Below are positions 1 to 7,154 of a DNA stretch of 32,000 nucleotides, piece after piece. Under the pieces are notes generated by a model. That model was not told the origin of the DNA, did no database searches, and was given only the letters and a program-made list of their open reading frames with translations. Within the stretch, counting starts at the first letter, position 1, and each line of letters opens with the position of its first letter. Source of the DNA: Vibrio vulnificus CMCP6 (GTDB taxonomy: Bacteria; Pseudomonadota; Gammaproteobacteria; Enterobacterales; Vibrionaceae); the NCBI RefSeq assembly GCF_000039765.1, contig NC_004460.2:210001-242000 (forward strand), given 5' to 3'. The translations under genes were made by a program, and so were the position numbers.

Positions 1-523
1 CTACCGCCAGTGCGCGAACATCATCGTAGTTGATTTCGAGCGTCTCTTTATCAACGCCGTATTGAACGGCGTTAAACCATTTGCCCGAAAGAGCAGGGCG
101 TGCACCGTGAGTTAAGTGGCCACCTGCATCGAGCGACATGCCCATAATGGTGTCGCCAGGTTGCAATAGCGCCAGTTTCACCGCGCCGTTGGCTTGAGCG
201 CCAGAGTGCGGTTGAACGTTTGCGTATTCGCAATTAAAAAGTTTTTTCGCGCGTTCGATAGCGATGGCTTCCACGGTATCAACGTGTTCACAACCACCGT
301 AGTAACGACGACCTGGGTAACCTTCTGCGTATTTATTGGTGAGGCAGGTGCCTTGCGCTTGCATGACCGCTTTAGACACGATGTTCTCAGAAGCGATCAA
401 TTCGATTTGTTCATTTTGACGTGTAAATTCGGCTTGAATACCAGCAAAAACGGCATCATCCGTTGCAGACAAGTTAGTCGAGAAAAAGTTTTCCAAGCTG
501 TGATTTTGGTAATGACTATTCAT
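1..523 (-). CDS. glyA: Serine hydroxymethyltransferase, N-terminal part (C-terminus beyond left edge)
   Basis: Manual reverse-strand translation from the CAT at 521-523 gives [85 protein letters not shown]..., open to base 1. The IELIASEN and [17 protein letters not shown] blocks are diagnostic of SHMT. Confidence 0.97.
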   Translation of the reverse strand, partial: MNSHYQNHSLENFFSTNLSATDDAVFAGIQAEFTRQNEQIELIASENIVSKAVMQAQGTCLTNKYAEGYPGRRYYGGCEHVDTVEAIAIERAKKLFNCEYANVQPHSGAQANGAVKLALLQPGDTIMGMSLDAGGHLTHGARPALSGKWFNAVQYGVDKETLEINYDDVRALAV

Positions 524-770
524 GGTAGATAACCTTTCAATCATCCGTCGAATCGGCGTCTTTGCTTTACGATCCGACCGTCCTTTATAACAACCGTTTG
601 GCGCTGTTTTTGTGATTTGTTTTCACACACCAAACAGAGTGAATTCCGTCCCAAATGGGTTCAAAAGGCCGCTGAATAGCATCAAATCCATTGTCTATTT
701 CAAGCGGAAAAAGCATCTCTTCATCTAACAAGTCGGTAACATACCCGTTGTTCAGTGAACAATCAACAAA

Positions 771-787
771 AATTTCCTATAGGAAAC
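771..787. promoter_or_regulatory. Candidate operator: perfect 14-bp palindrome TTTCCTATAGGAAA (774-787) between glyA and the XRE-cupin gene
   Basis: Direct reading. The 13-mer AAATTTCCTATAG at 771-783 recurs exactly at 1545-1557 downstream of the regulator gene. Confidence 0.5.
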
Positions 788-906
788 AGAGATTCGGATT
801 TTGTTAACAGGAGCACGCTTTATTTAACTTGGTGGACTTTTCTCCACTTTACGCTTCATGCACAATGTTTTGTAAACAGGAAGCGTATAAGAAACATGAG
901 GGATTT

Positions 907-1530
907 ATGTCGGAAGAATTGTATGACGAGTACCCGTCCCTGACATTAGCGAAAGAATCGCAAGAGCAAAATATCGAGCCATTGAAGCTTGGCCAACGCA
1001 TTAAAGAAGTGCGCTCACGCCTCGGTATTACGCTTGAAGAAGCCAGCCAACGAACCGGTTTGGCGCGTTCAACACTGAGCAAAATCGAGAACGAACAGAT
1101 TTCTCCTACCTTTCAAGCAATGCAGAAACTCGCGCACGGTTTGAAAATTGATATGCCACAACTCTTTGAACCGCCAAGAAAAAAGGTTGCAACTGGACGT
1201 CGTGATATTACGTTGGCAGGGCAAGGAAAACCACACCCAACACAAACTTACGAGCACGAACTGTTGGCCACTCAGCTGTCGAATAAAAAGATGATGCCGT
1301 TCAAAAGTGTGGTGCATGCGCGCACGTTTGAAGAGTATGGCGATTGGGTTCGTCACGATGGCGAAGAGTTCTTGCTGATCTTATCTGGCGCGGTGCAATT
1401 CTATTCTGAGTTCTATGAGCCTGTGGTTCTGAGCGAAGGGGACAGCGTCTATTACGATGCGAACATGGGGCATATGTTGGTCTCCGTTAGTGAGGAAGAT
1501 GCGCACATTTTGTGGGTGACAGCAAAATAG
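907..1530 (+). CDS. XRE-family transcriptional regulator with C-terminal cupin domain
   Basis: Start ATG 907 preceded by GAGGG. N-terminal HTH_3 (LGQRIKEVRSRLGITLEEASQRTGLARSTLSKIENEQISPTFQAMQKLAHGLKI) followed by a cupin-like region (FLLILSGAVQFYSEFYEPVVLSEGDSVYYDANMGHMLVSV). Confidence 0.93.
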   Translation: MSEELYDEYPSLTLAKESQEQNIEPLKLGQRIKEVRSRLGITLEEASQRTGLARSTLSKIENEQISPTFQAMQKLAHGLKIDMPQLFEPPRKKVATGRRDITLAGQGKPHPTQTYEHELLATQLSNKKMMPFKSVVHARTFEEYGDWVRHDGEEFLLILSGAVQFYSEFYEPVVLSEGDSVYYDANMGHMLVSVSEEDAHILWVTAK

Positions 1531-1559
1531 TTTTAAAAAGATGTAAATTTCCTATAGTG

Positions 1560-1579
1560 AAAGCAAACGTTTGCTTTTG
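1560..1579. promoter_or_regulatory. 20-bp perfect palindrome AAAAGCAAACGTTTGCTTTT, PurR-box-like
   Basis: Contains GCAAACGTTTGC, the core of the PurR consensus ACGCAAACGTTTGCGT, between the XRE-cupin gene and gcvT. PurR control of glyA and gcv is established in E. coli. Confidence 0.6.
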
Positions 1580-1600
1580 TTTGAAACAAGATTAGAATAG

Positions 1601-1641
1601 CGCCGCTCTGATGATAATTCCGTCAATGCGGCGCTTTTTTG
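1601..1641 (+). terminator. Rho-independent terminator after the XRE-cupin gene (or leader hairpin of gcvT)
   Basis: GCGCCGC (1601-1607) ... GCGGCGC (1629-1635) followed by TTTTTT. Confidence 0.75.
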
Positions 1642-1819
1642 TGGCTGCTTAATGTGATTAAATTGTTAAAAGTCACATTTTGAGCAGGACCCAGTAGGTT
1701 GAACGTGCAAATTAGCACAACACATGTTTATTATTGGAAACACAGTTTCCTTTGAGTGGAAATCTGGACAATTAATTGCTGATAGATCGCTGTGATGGGT
1801 CTAGCTAATGGAGACGAAA

Positions 1820-2953
1820 ATGACTCAAGAACAATCAGACCAAGTACTACTTAAAACACCACTTCACGCATTGCACATTGAAGTGGGTGCGAAAATGGTG
1901 CCATTCGCTGGTTACGACATGCCAGTTCAATACCCGTTAGGTGTGAAGAAAGAACACTTGCACACGCGTGAAGCGGCAGGCCTGTTTGATGTGTCTCACA
2001 TGGGGCAGCTAAGACTGCACGGTGCGGGCGCAGCAGCGTTTCTTGAGTCACTGGTTCCAGTGGATATCGCTGATTTGGGTGAAGGCAAACAGCGTTACGC
2101 GTTTTTCACCAACGAGCAGGGCGGCATTATGGACGACCTCATGGTGGCTAACCTAGGTGATCATCTGTTTGTTGTCGTCAATGCGGCATGTAAAGAGCAA
2201 GACATCAACCATCTGCAAGCACATATTCCATCAGACGTTGAACTTGAAATCATTGATGATCGCGCACTGCTTGCTATTCAAGGTCCAAAAGCGGTTGAGG
2301 TGTTGAGCCGCTTCCAACCTGCCGTGGCTGAGATGCTGTTTATGGACGTGCAAAAGCTTGAATTGCTTGGCGTAGAATGCATCATCTCTCGCAGCGGCTA
2401 TACTGGAGAAGACGGCTACGAAATTTCTGTACCAGCAGACAAAGCAGAAGCGCTTGCTCGTGCATTGACCGCGGAAGAAGAAGTCGAATGGATCGGTCTT
2501 GGTGCACGTGATTCGTTACGTCTAGAGTGTGGTTTGTGTTTGTACGGTCATGATCTTGATGAAACCACCACGCCAGTAGAAGCCAGCCTATTGTGGGGCA
2601 TTCAGAAAGTTCGCCGCGCAGGTGGTGAGCGTGAAGGTGGCTTCCCAGGGGCAGACATCATCCTTAAGCAGATTGAAACGAAGGATGTATCTCGCAAGCG
2701 TGTTGGTCTGGTTGGTCAAACCAAAGCACCAGTCCGTGAAGGTGCAGAGCTGTTTGATGGAGAAGGTAATAAAGTGGGTGTAGTAACCAGTGGTACCGCA
2801 GGTCCAAATGCGGGCAAGCCAGTGTCCATGGCTTACCTACGTTCAGACCTAACGGAAATCGGCACTGAAGTGTTTGCTGAAGTTCGTGGCAAACTGCTAC
2901 CAATGACGGTAGAGAAAATGCCGTTTGTACCACAACGCTACTACCGTGGTTAA
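1820..2953 (+). CDS. gcvT: Glycine cleavage system T protein (aminomethyltransferase)
   Basis: MTQEQSDQVLLKTPLHALHIEVGAKMVPFAGYDMPVQYPLGVKKEHLHTREAAGLFDVSHMGQ... GWTGEDGYEIS-like block SGYTGEDGYEISV. RBS GGAG 7 nt before ATG 1820. Confidence 0.97.
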   Translation: MTQEQSDQVLLKTPLHALHIEVGAKMVPFAGYDMPVQYPLGVKKEHLHTREAAGLFDVSHMGQLRLHGAGAAAFLESLVPVDIADLGEGKQRYAFFTNEQGGIMDDLMVANLGDHLFVVVNAACKEQDINHLQAHIPSDVELEIIDDRALLAIQGPKAVEVLSRFQPAVAEMLFMDVQKLELLGVECIISRSGYTGEDGYEISVPADKAEALARALTAEEEVEWIGLGARDSLRLECGLCLYGHDLDETTTPVEASLLWGIQKVRRAGGEREGGFPGADIILKQIETKDVSRKRVGLVGQTKAPVREGAELFDGEGNKVGVVTSGTAGPNAGKPVSMAYLRSDLTEIGTEVFAEVRGKLLPMTVEKMPFVPQRYYRG

Positions 2954-3039
2954 TGAGGCGTTGAGCTAAGTTACCGCAAATACGACGTTTATTTTTGCGA
3001 ATAATTGGCACCGCGCTTCTAACATAGGGGCGCGGTGTT

Positions 3040-4134
3040 ATGTTTTCAGCACAATCTTTAGCGAAGTTTTCCTTCCTTTCTGTACTTTTCTCCGCAGCGA
3101 CAATGGCGGGTGAAGTGGAAAGCCGCATCGTCAATGGCACGGTCGTTGATGTAAACCGATACGCCTCCTTTGCTAGTCTTTTCTACGATTCCCTTGAATA
3201 CGATGGCGGTTACTACTCCGGTGCTTCTTGTGGAGCCACCATTCTCGATGTCGACCATGTGCTAACGGCTGCCCATTGTGTGGAAGAGTTGGGCTCATTA
3301 GCGCTGTTTCTGGTGGTGGTGCCGCAGCTTCAAGATGAAAACGACTATCCGTTTGGTAACATTCAGCGCCACCGAGTAGCGAAAATTTTCTATCCCGATA
3401 ATTTCTCAAACAGTTCTTCCACGCTGTTTCCAAACGACATTGCCATTCTCAAACTCGAAACGTCGATGAATATTGATTCGGTCAATGACGTGATTAGACG
3501 TCCGCAAAATGAGGTGTACCGCAATGCCTCGGAAACTTTCTTTGCCGTAGGGCATGGAAATACGCGCTCGGGCTTTGACAGCGAATCGCAACTGCAAGAA
3601 ACACCACTCACGTACATCAGTAACACCCAATGTGCCAATGTGTTTTCCGCCGGAAATTATTTGTCCAGCAAGCAGATCTGTTTTGATGGCGATTTTAGCC
3701 AAAGCAGCCAATTGAAAAACAGCACATGTCAGGGTGACTCCGGTGGGCCAGTGTATTGGGAGAACAATGGGGTGATGATGCAAGTGGGCGTGACCAGCTT
3801 TGGCCCAAATATTTGCGGTGATCCCAATTGGGCCGTAACGTCGGTGTTTACCGAAATTACCGACTACGCCGCTTGGATAGACAGTGTATTGGCAGGTAAT
3901 GAAACGGCAAAAATGACCGTGACGGAACAGATGCGATTGGATTACATGAATGGCGACACGGGCAGTGTCGATGACACAGGGTCATCTGGCAACAATGAAG
4001 AGGCCCCAATGAGTTTCGGCAGTTCCTCGGGGGGCGGCGCAGTAGGGCTATGGCTGTTGATGTGCTACCTACTGCATGCCTGTTTGACTCGCGTTCGGCG
4101 GTCTATTTTTTCACGGAAGCGCTCTAAGGAGTGA
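3040..4134 (+). CDS. Secreted trypsin-like (S1) serine protease with C-terminal GlyGly-CTERM anchor
   Basis: Signal peptide; RIVNG activation site; triad blocks TAAHC, NDIAIL, CQGDSGGP; C-terminus SSSGGGAVGLWLLMCYLLHACLTRVRR (Gly-rich, hydrophobic helix, basic tail). Confidence 0.93.
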   Translation: MFSAQSLAKFSFLSVLFSAATMAGEVESRIVNGTVVDVNRYASFASLFYDSLEYDGGYYSGASCGATILDVDHVLTAAHCVEELGSLALFLVVVPQLQDENDYPFGNIQRHRVAKIFYPDNFSNSSSTLFPNDIAILKLETSMNIDSVNDVIRRPQNEVYRNASETFFAVGHGNTRSGFDSESQLQETPLTYISNTQCANVFSAGNYLSSKQICFDGDFSQSSQLKNSTCQGDSGGPVYWENNGVMMQVGVTSFGPNICGDPNWAVTSVFTEITDYAAWIDSVLAGNETAKMTVTEQMRLDYMNGDTGSVDDTGSSGNNEEAPMSFGSSSGGGAVGLWLLMCYLLHACLTRVRRSIFSRKRSKE

Positions 4135-4849
4135 GATCTTCAATTGGGCAAAACATATCGATGACGATATCGTTCAACTTCGCTGGGTGAATCATTTGCG
4201 CTTTTTCAACACCAAACTGGTTCGCCATGATGGTATTAAACAGCTCCCAATGATTGATCAGCATTTGATCACGGTTCTCTGCATCGTCAGGCCAAGTCTC
4301 TTTCATCATCGGAGCGAGTGTGATGGCACCATGAGCAAAGATCAGCATTTGCCATTTGGATTCCCATTGATCGATGGGTGTTTCTGGGTATTCCACATTG
4401 TAGTCGGCAAATAGCTTGGTAAAGATTTCAGCGAACTCGTCTTTTGATCTGAGGAAGTATTGCAGTAGGGCGTCGTCACCTTGGCGGATCGCATCGGCAA
4501 TCATTTGGATTGGGTGAGGATTGACCAAAGCAAACGCGAGCATGCGCACCATAAACAGATAAATCTTTCGGTTTGATGGCATATCTTTTGGCATTTGGTT
4601 GATGAGTTCAGCCATGTAGAGTTGCAAAAACTCGTCCATACCATCACTGACGGCTTGCCAAATCTTCTCTTTGCTACCGAAGTGGTGGCGAATCAAACTG
4701 TGCGACACGCCTGCCTTCTCACTGATGTTTCGCAGAGAGATGCGCTCGTAACCCAACTCGCAGAACATATCGGCTGCTACTTTAAGGATCATGCACTTAG
4801 TTTGCTCGGCCGCTTCGGCACTTCTTCGACCTTGCTTTCTTTCAGTCAT
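4124..4849 (-). CDS. TetR/AcrR-family transcriptional regulator
   Basis: N-terminal HTH AEQTKCMILKVAADMFCELGYERISLRNISEKAGVSHSLIRHHFGSKEKIWQAV; divergent from the RND operon; 11-bp convergent overlap with the protease gene. Confidence 0.93.
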   Translation of the reverse strand: MTERKQGRRSAEAAEQTKCMILKVAADMFCELGYERISLRNISEKAGVSHSLIRHHFGSKEKIWQAVSDGMDEFLQLYMAELINQMPKDMPSNRKIYLFMVRMLAFALVNPHPIQMIADAIRQGDDALLQYFLRSKDEFAEIFTKLFADYNVEYPETPIDQWESKWQMLIFAHGAITLAPMMKETWPDDAENRDQMLINHWELFNTIMANQFGVEKAQMIHPAKLNDIVIDMFCPIEDLTP

Positions 4850-5010
4850 CGTTCGAGTTTTCTCAGATATCCATCAACGCGCCTATTTTTACCAGAAACG
4901 AGACAATTTGACCAATTCTTATATTGTCCACATGGAAAATATATTGATCATTTTTTGATTCTCCATATACTGCACAGCTGTATAGCAAAATAAAGAAGTG
5001 GAGAATCTCA

Positions 5011-6084
5011 GTGCGCAAACCCCAGATAACACGCACGTCTGTCGCTGTTGTGGTGATGCTTGGTCTATCAACACTGCTGACGGGCTGTGACAAAGCCATA
5101 TCGGAGCCTGCCGATCCTCTGATCAAACCCGTTAAGTTACTGGCGGTGGAAGATCTGAGCGTTGCTGAATCGGATGCCTTTTTAGCGCGAATCGACGCAA
5201 CGTATCGCGCTCAGCTCTCTTTCCAAGTAGGCGGTGAAATTAAGCAATTGTTGGTCAAGATGGGGGAAGAGGTGAGCCAAGGTGATGTCTTGGTGACGCT
5301 TGACCCGAAAGATTTGCAATTGGCACTTAATGCCGCTCAGGCGCAATACTCACTGGCGAAGACGGAATGGCAACGCGCCAAGCAACTGTATGAGAAAAAA
5401 CTCGTCAGCGCCGATAGCTATGATCAGCAAGAAACCCAATACAAAGCGGCGCTTGCCAATTGGGAGCAAGCCAAAACCGATCTCAGTTACACCAAAATTC
5501 ACGCGCCTTTTGATGGTGTGGTTTCTTACACCTATGTTAAACCTCATCAACTGGTGGCGGAAAAACAAGAGATCCTCAATCTTATCGACAACAGTGTGTT
5601 GGATGTGTCGTTTGCATTGCCTGTGACCTATGTTGAGTCGCTTTCTCTGGCGGCGCTTAAACATGCTGAGATGTGGGTGACGATGGACAGCGAACCTAAT
5701 AAGCGCATTTCTGGTCAGTTTAAAGAGATCTCAACTCGACCAAACCCAGACACAAACAGCTACCAAGTGATCGTCACCATCGACAGACCCGAAGATCGCA
5801 ACTTGTTAACGGGGATGACGGGGCAAGTCCACATTGCTAAGCAAAACCTCTCCAATGCGGTGATGTTGCCAAATGCTGCATGGGTGACAAAACAAGCCTC
5901 GCAAGGAGAGGTGTGGGTGATGGACAGTGAGACGCAGCGAGTCAACAAAGTGACGCTCTCTTTAAATGCTCATGGTGGCGTGGAATCTGGCCTCGACAGC
6001 AACGACTACGTGGTCATTGCGGGTGTCGAGCGTTTGGTGGAAGGTCAAGTAGTCAAAGCATGGGTGCGCGAGGAGGGTATTTAA
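5011..6084 (+). CDS. RND efflux membrane-fusion (periplasmic adaptor) lipoprotein, first subunit
   Basis: Lipobox LSTLLTGC; biotinyl-lipoyl/HlyD blocks TYRAQLSFQVGGEIKQLLVKMGEEVSQGDVLVTLD and LSYTKIHAPFDGVVSYTYV. GTG start, upstream GGAG. Confidence 0.93.
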   Translation: MRKPQITRTSVAVVVMLGLSTLLTGCDKAISEPADPLIKPVKLLAVEDLSVAESDAFLARIDATYRAQLSFQVGGEIKQLLVKMGEEVSQGDVLVTLDPKDLQLALNAAQAQYSLAKTEWQRAKQLYEKKLVSADSYDQQETQYKAALANWEQAKTDLSYTKIHAPFDGVVSYTYVKPHQLVAEKQEILNLIDNSVLDVSFALPVTYVESLSLAALKHAEMWVTMDSEPNKRISGQFKEISTRPNPDTNSYQVIVTIDRPEDRNLLTGMTGQVHIAKQNLSNAVMLPNAAWVTKQASQGEVWVMDSETQRVNKVTLSLNAHGGVESGLDSNDYVVIAGVERLVEGQVVKAWVREEGI

Positions 6085-7154
6085 TGAAACGTCCTTTATT
6101 ACTACTTTCAGCAATAGCGTTGGCCGTGCTGACAGGGTGTGATTCCCAGCCACAGTCGTTTAATGAGCAGCCATTGTACGTTTCAACGGTTTCTGTTGAT
6201 GCGCCTGTTAAGAGCCAGTATCGCACCTTTAAGGGCCAAGTTGTGCCCGCCGAGCAAACACCGATCGCCTTTCGCCGTGCAGGAGAAATTCAGCATGTAT
6301 TGGTCAACGCGGGCGATCTCGTCAAGCAAGGTCAGATGATCGCTAAGCTTGATGACAGCAAAGAAAAACAGGCGGTGAACGATGCACAAGCGCAGTACAA
6401 CTTGGCAATTCGTCAGCTGAAACGTGGTAACGAGCTCTACGCCAAACGGATGATTTCTAACGCGGAGTTAGATGCGCTCACGGCGAGCAAAGAATTGGCT
6501 GAAGCCAATTTTTACAACGCAACAAACCAACTCAACTACACCCGATTGTTTGCCCCGTTCACCGGTAAGATCTCGGACGTGTACAAAGAACGTTTTGAGC
6601 GTATCGCGATTGGTGAGCCGATCGTCAGTTTGTATCAAAACGACAAGGTTTACGTGCGAATTGAGTTGTCCGACAACGTGTTAGCTTTGGTGAACCCGAA
6701 CACACAAAGTATGGATTACCAGCCCCAAGCGACGTTTTCTGGCGTGCAGAAAACGTTCGCACTCAATTATTTGGAACACACCAGTGAACCGAATGCGCAA
6801 ACCCAAACTTACCAAATGTACTTATCGATGCCACAACCGTTGCAGCAAAGTGAGATCCTGCCTGGTACCAGTGTCAGCGTGCTGGTTGATATGGCGGCAG
6901 CGGGCATTACCGCCATTGATGGCTACACCATTCCGATGACAGCACTGCAAGCGGGAAGTCATGAAGGGGAGTTCTTTGTTTGGAAATTAAATGGTGACGC
7001 GGTCACTAAAGTGCCCGTGGCCATTGAACAAATCCACGGCGATGGGGCGATTGTCTCATCGGGAGTGGCACAAGGTGATGTGTTGGTGAATTCGAATTTA
7101 CGCAAGTTGCGCGAAGGCAAACACGTGGATGTGGTAGAGAAGGAACAAGAATGA
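6084..7154 (+). CDS. RND efflux membrane-fusion lipoprotein, second subunit
   Basis: MKRPLLLLSAIALAVLTGC lipobox; IAFRRAGEIQHVLVNAGDLVKQGQMIAKLDD; NYTRLFAPFTGKISDVY. TAATG overlap with the upstream gene and ATGA overlap with the permease. Confidence 0.93.
   Translation: MKRPLLLLSAIALAVLTGCDSQPQSFNEQPLYVSTVSVDAPVKSQYRTFKGQVVPAEQTPIAFRRAGEIQHVLVNAGDLVKQGQMIAKLDDSKEKQAVNDAQAQYNLAIRQLKRGNELYAKRMISNAELDALTASKELAEANFYNATNQLNYTRLFAPFTGKISDVYKERFERIAIGEPIVSLYQNDKVYVRIELSDNVLALVNPNTQSMDYQPQATFSGVQKTFALNYLEHTSEPNAQTQTYQMYLSMPQPLQQSEILPGTSVSVLVDMAAAGITAIDGYTIPMTALQAGSHEGEFFVWKLNGDAVTKVPVAIEQIHGDGAIVSSGVAQGDVLVNSNLRKLREGKHVDVVEKEQE

Noticed and set aside
194-532. ORF of 112 aa on + strand ([21 protein letters not shown]...)
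   Set aside because: Antisense to the clearly conserved glyA reading frame; no RBS or recognisable domain.
524-1819. Possible glycine riboswitch near glyA/gcvT
   Set aside because: I looked on both strands of the intergenic regions for the conserved glycine aptamer blocks (GGAGAG..., CCGAAGGGG..., tandem P1/P3) and did not see them. An Infernal scan with the Rfam glycine riboswitch model would settle it.
2664-3140. 158-aa antisense ORF overlapping gcvT and the protease start
   Set aside because: Antisense shadow ORF across two real genes; composition not protein-like.
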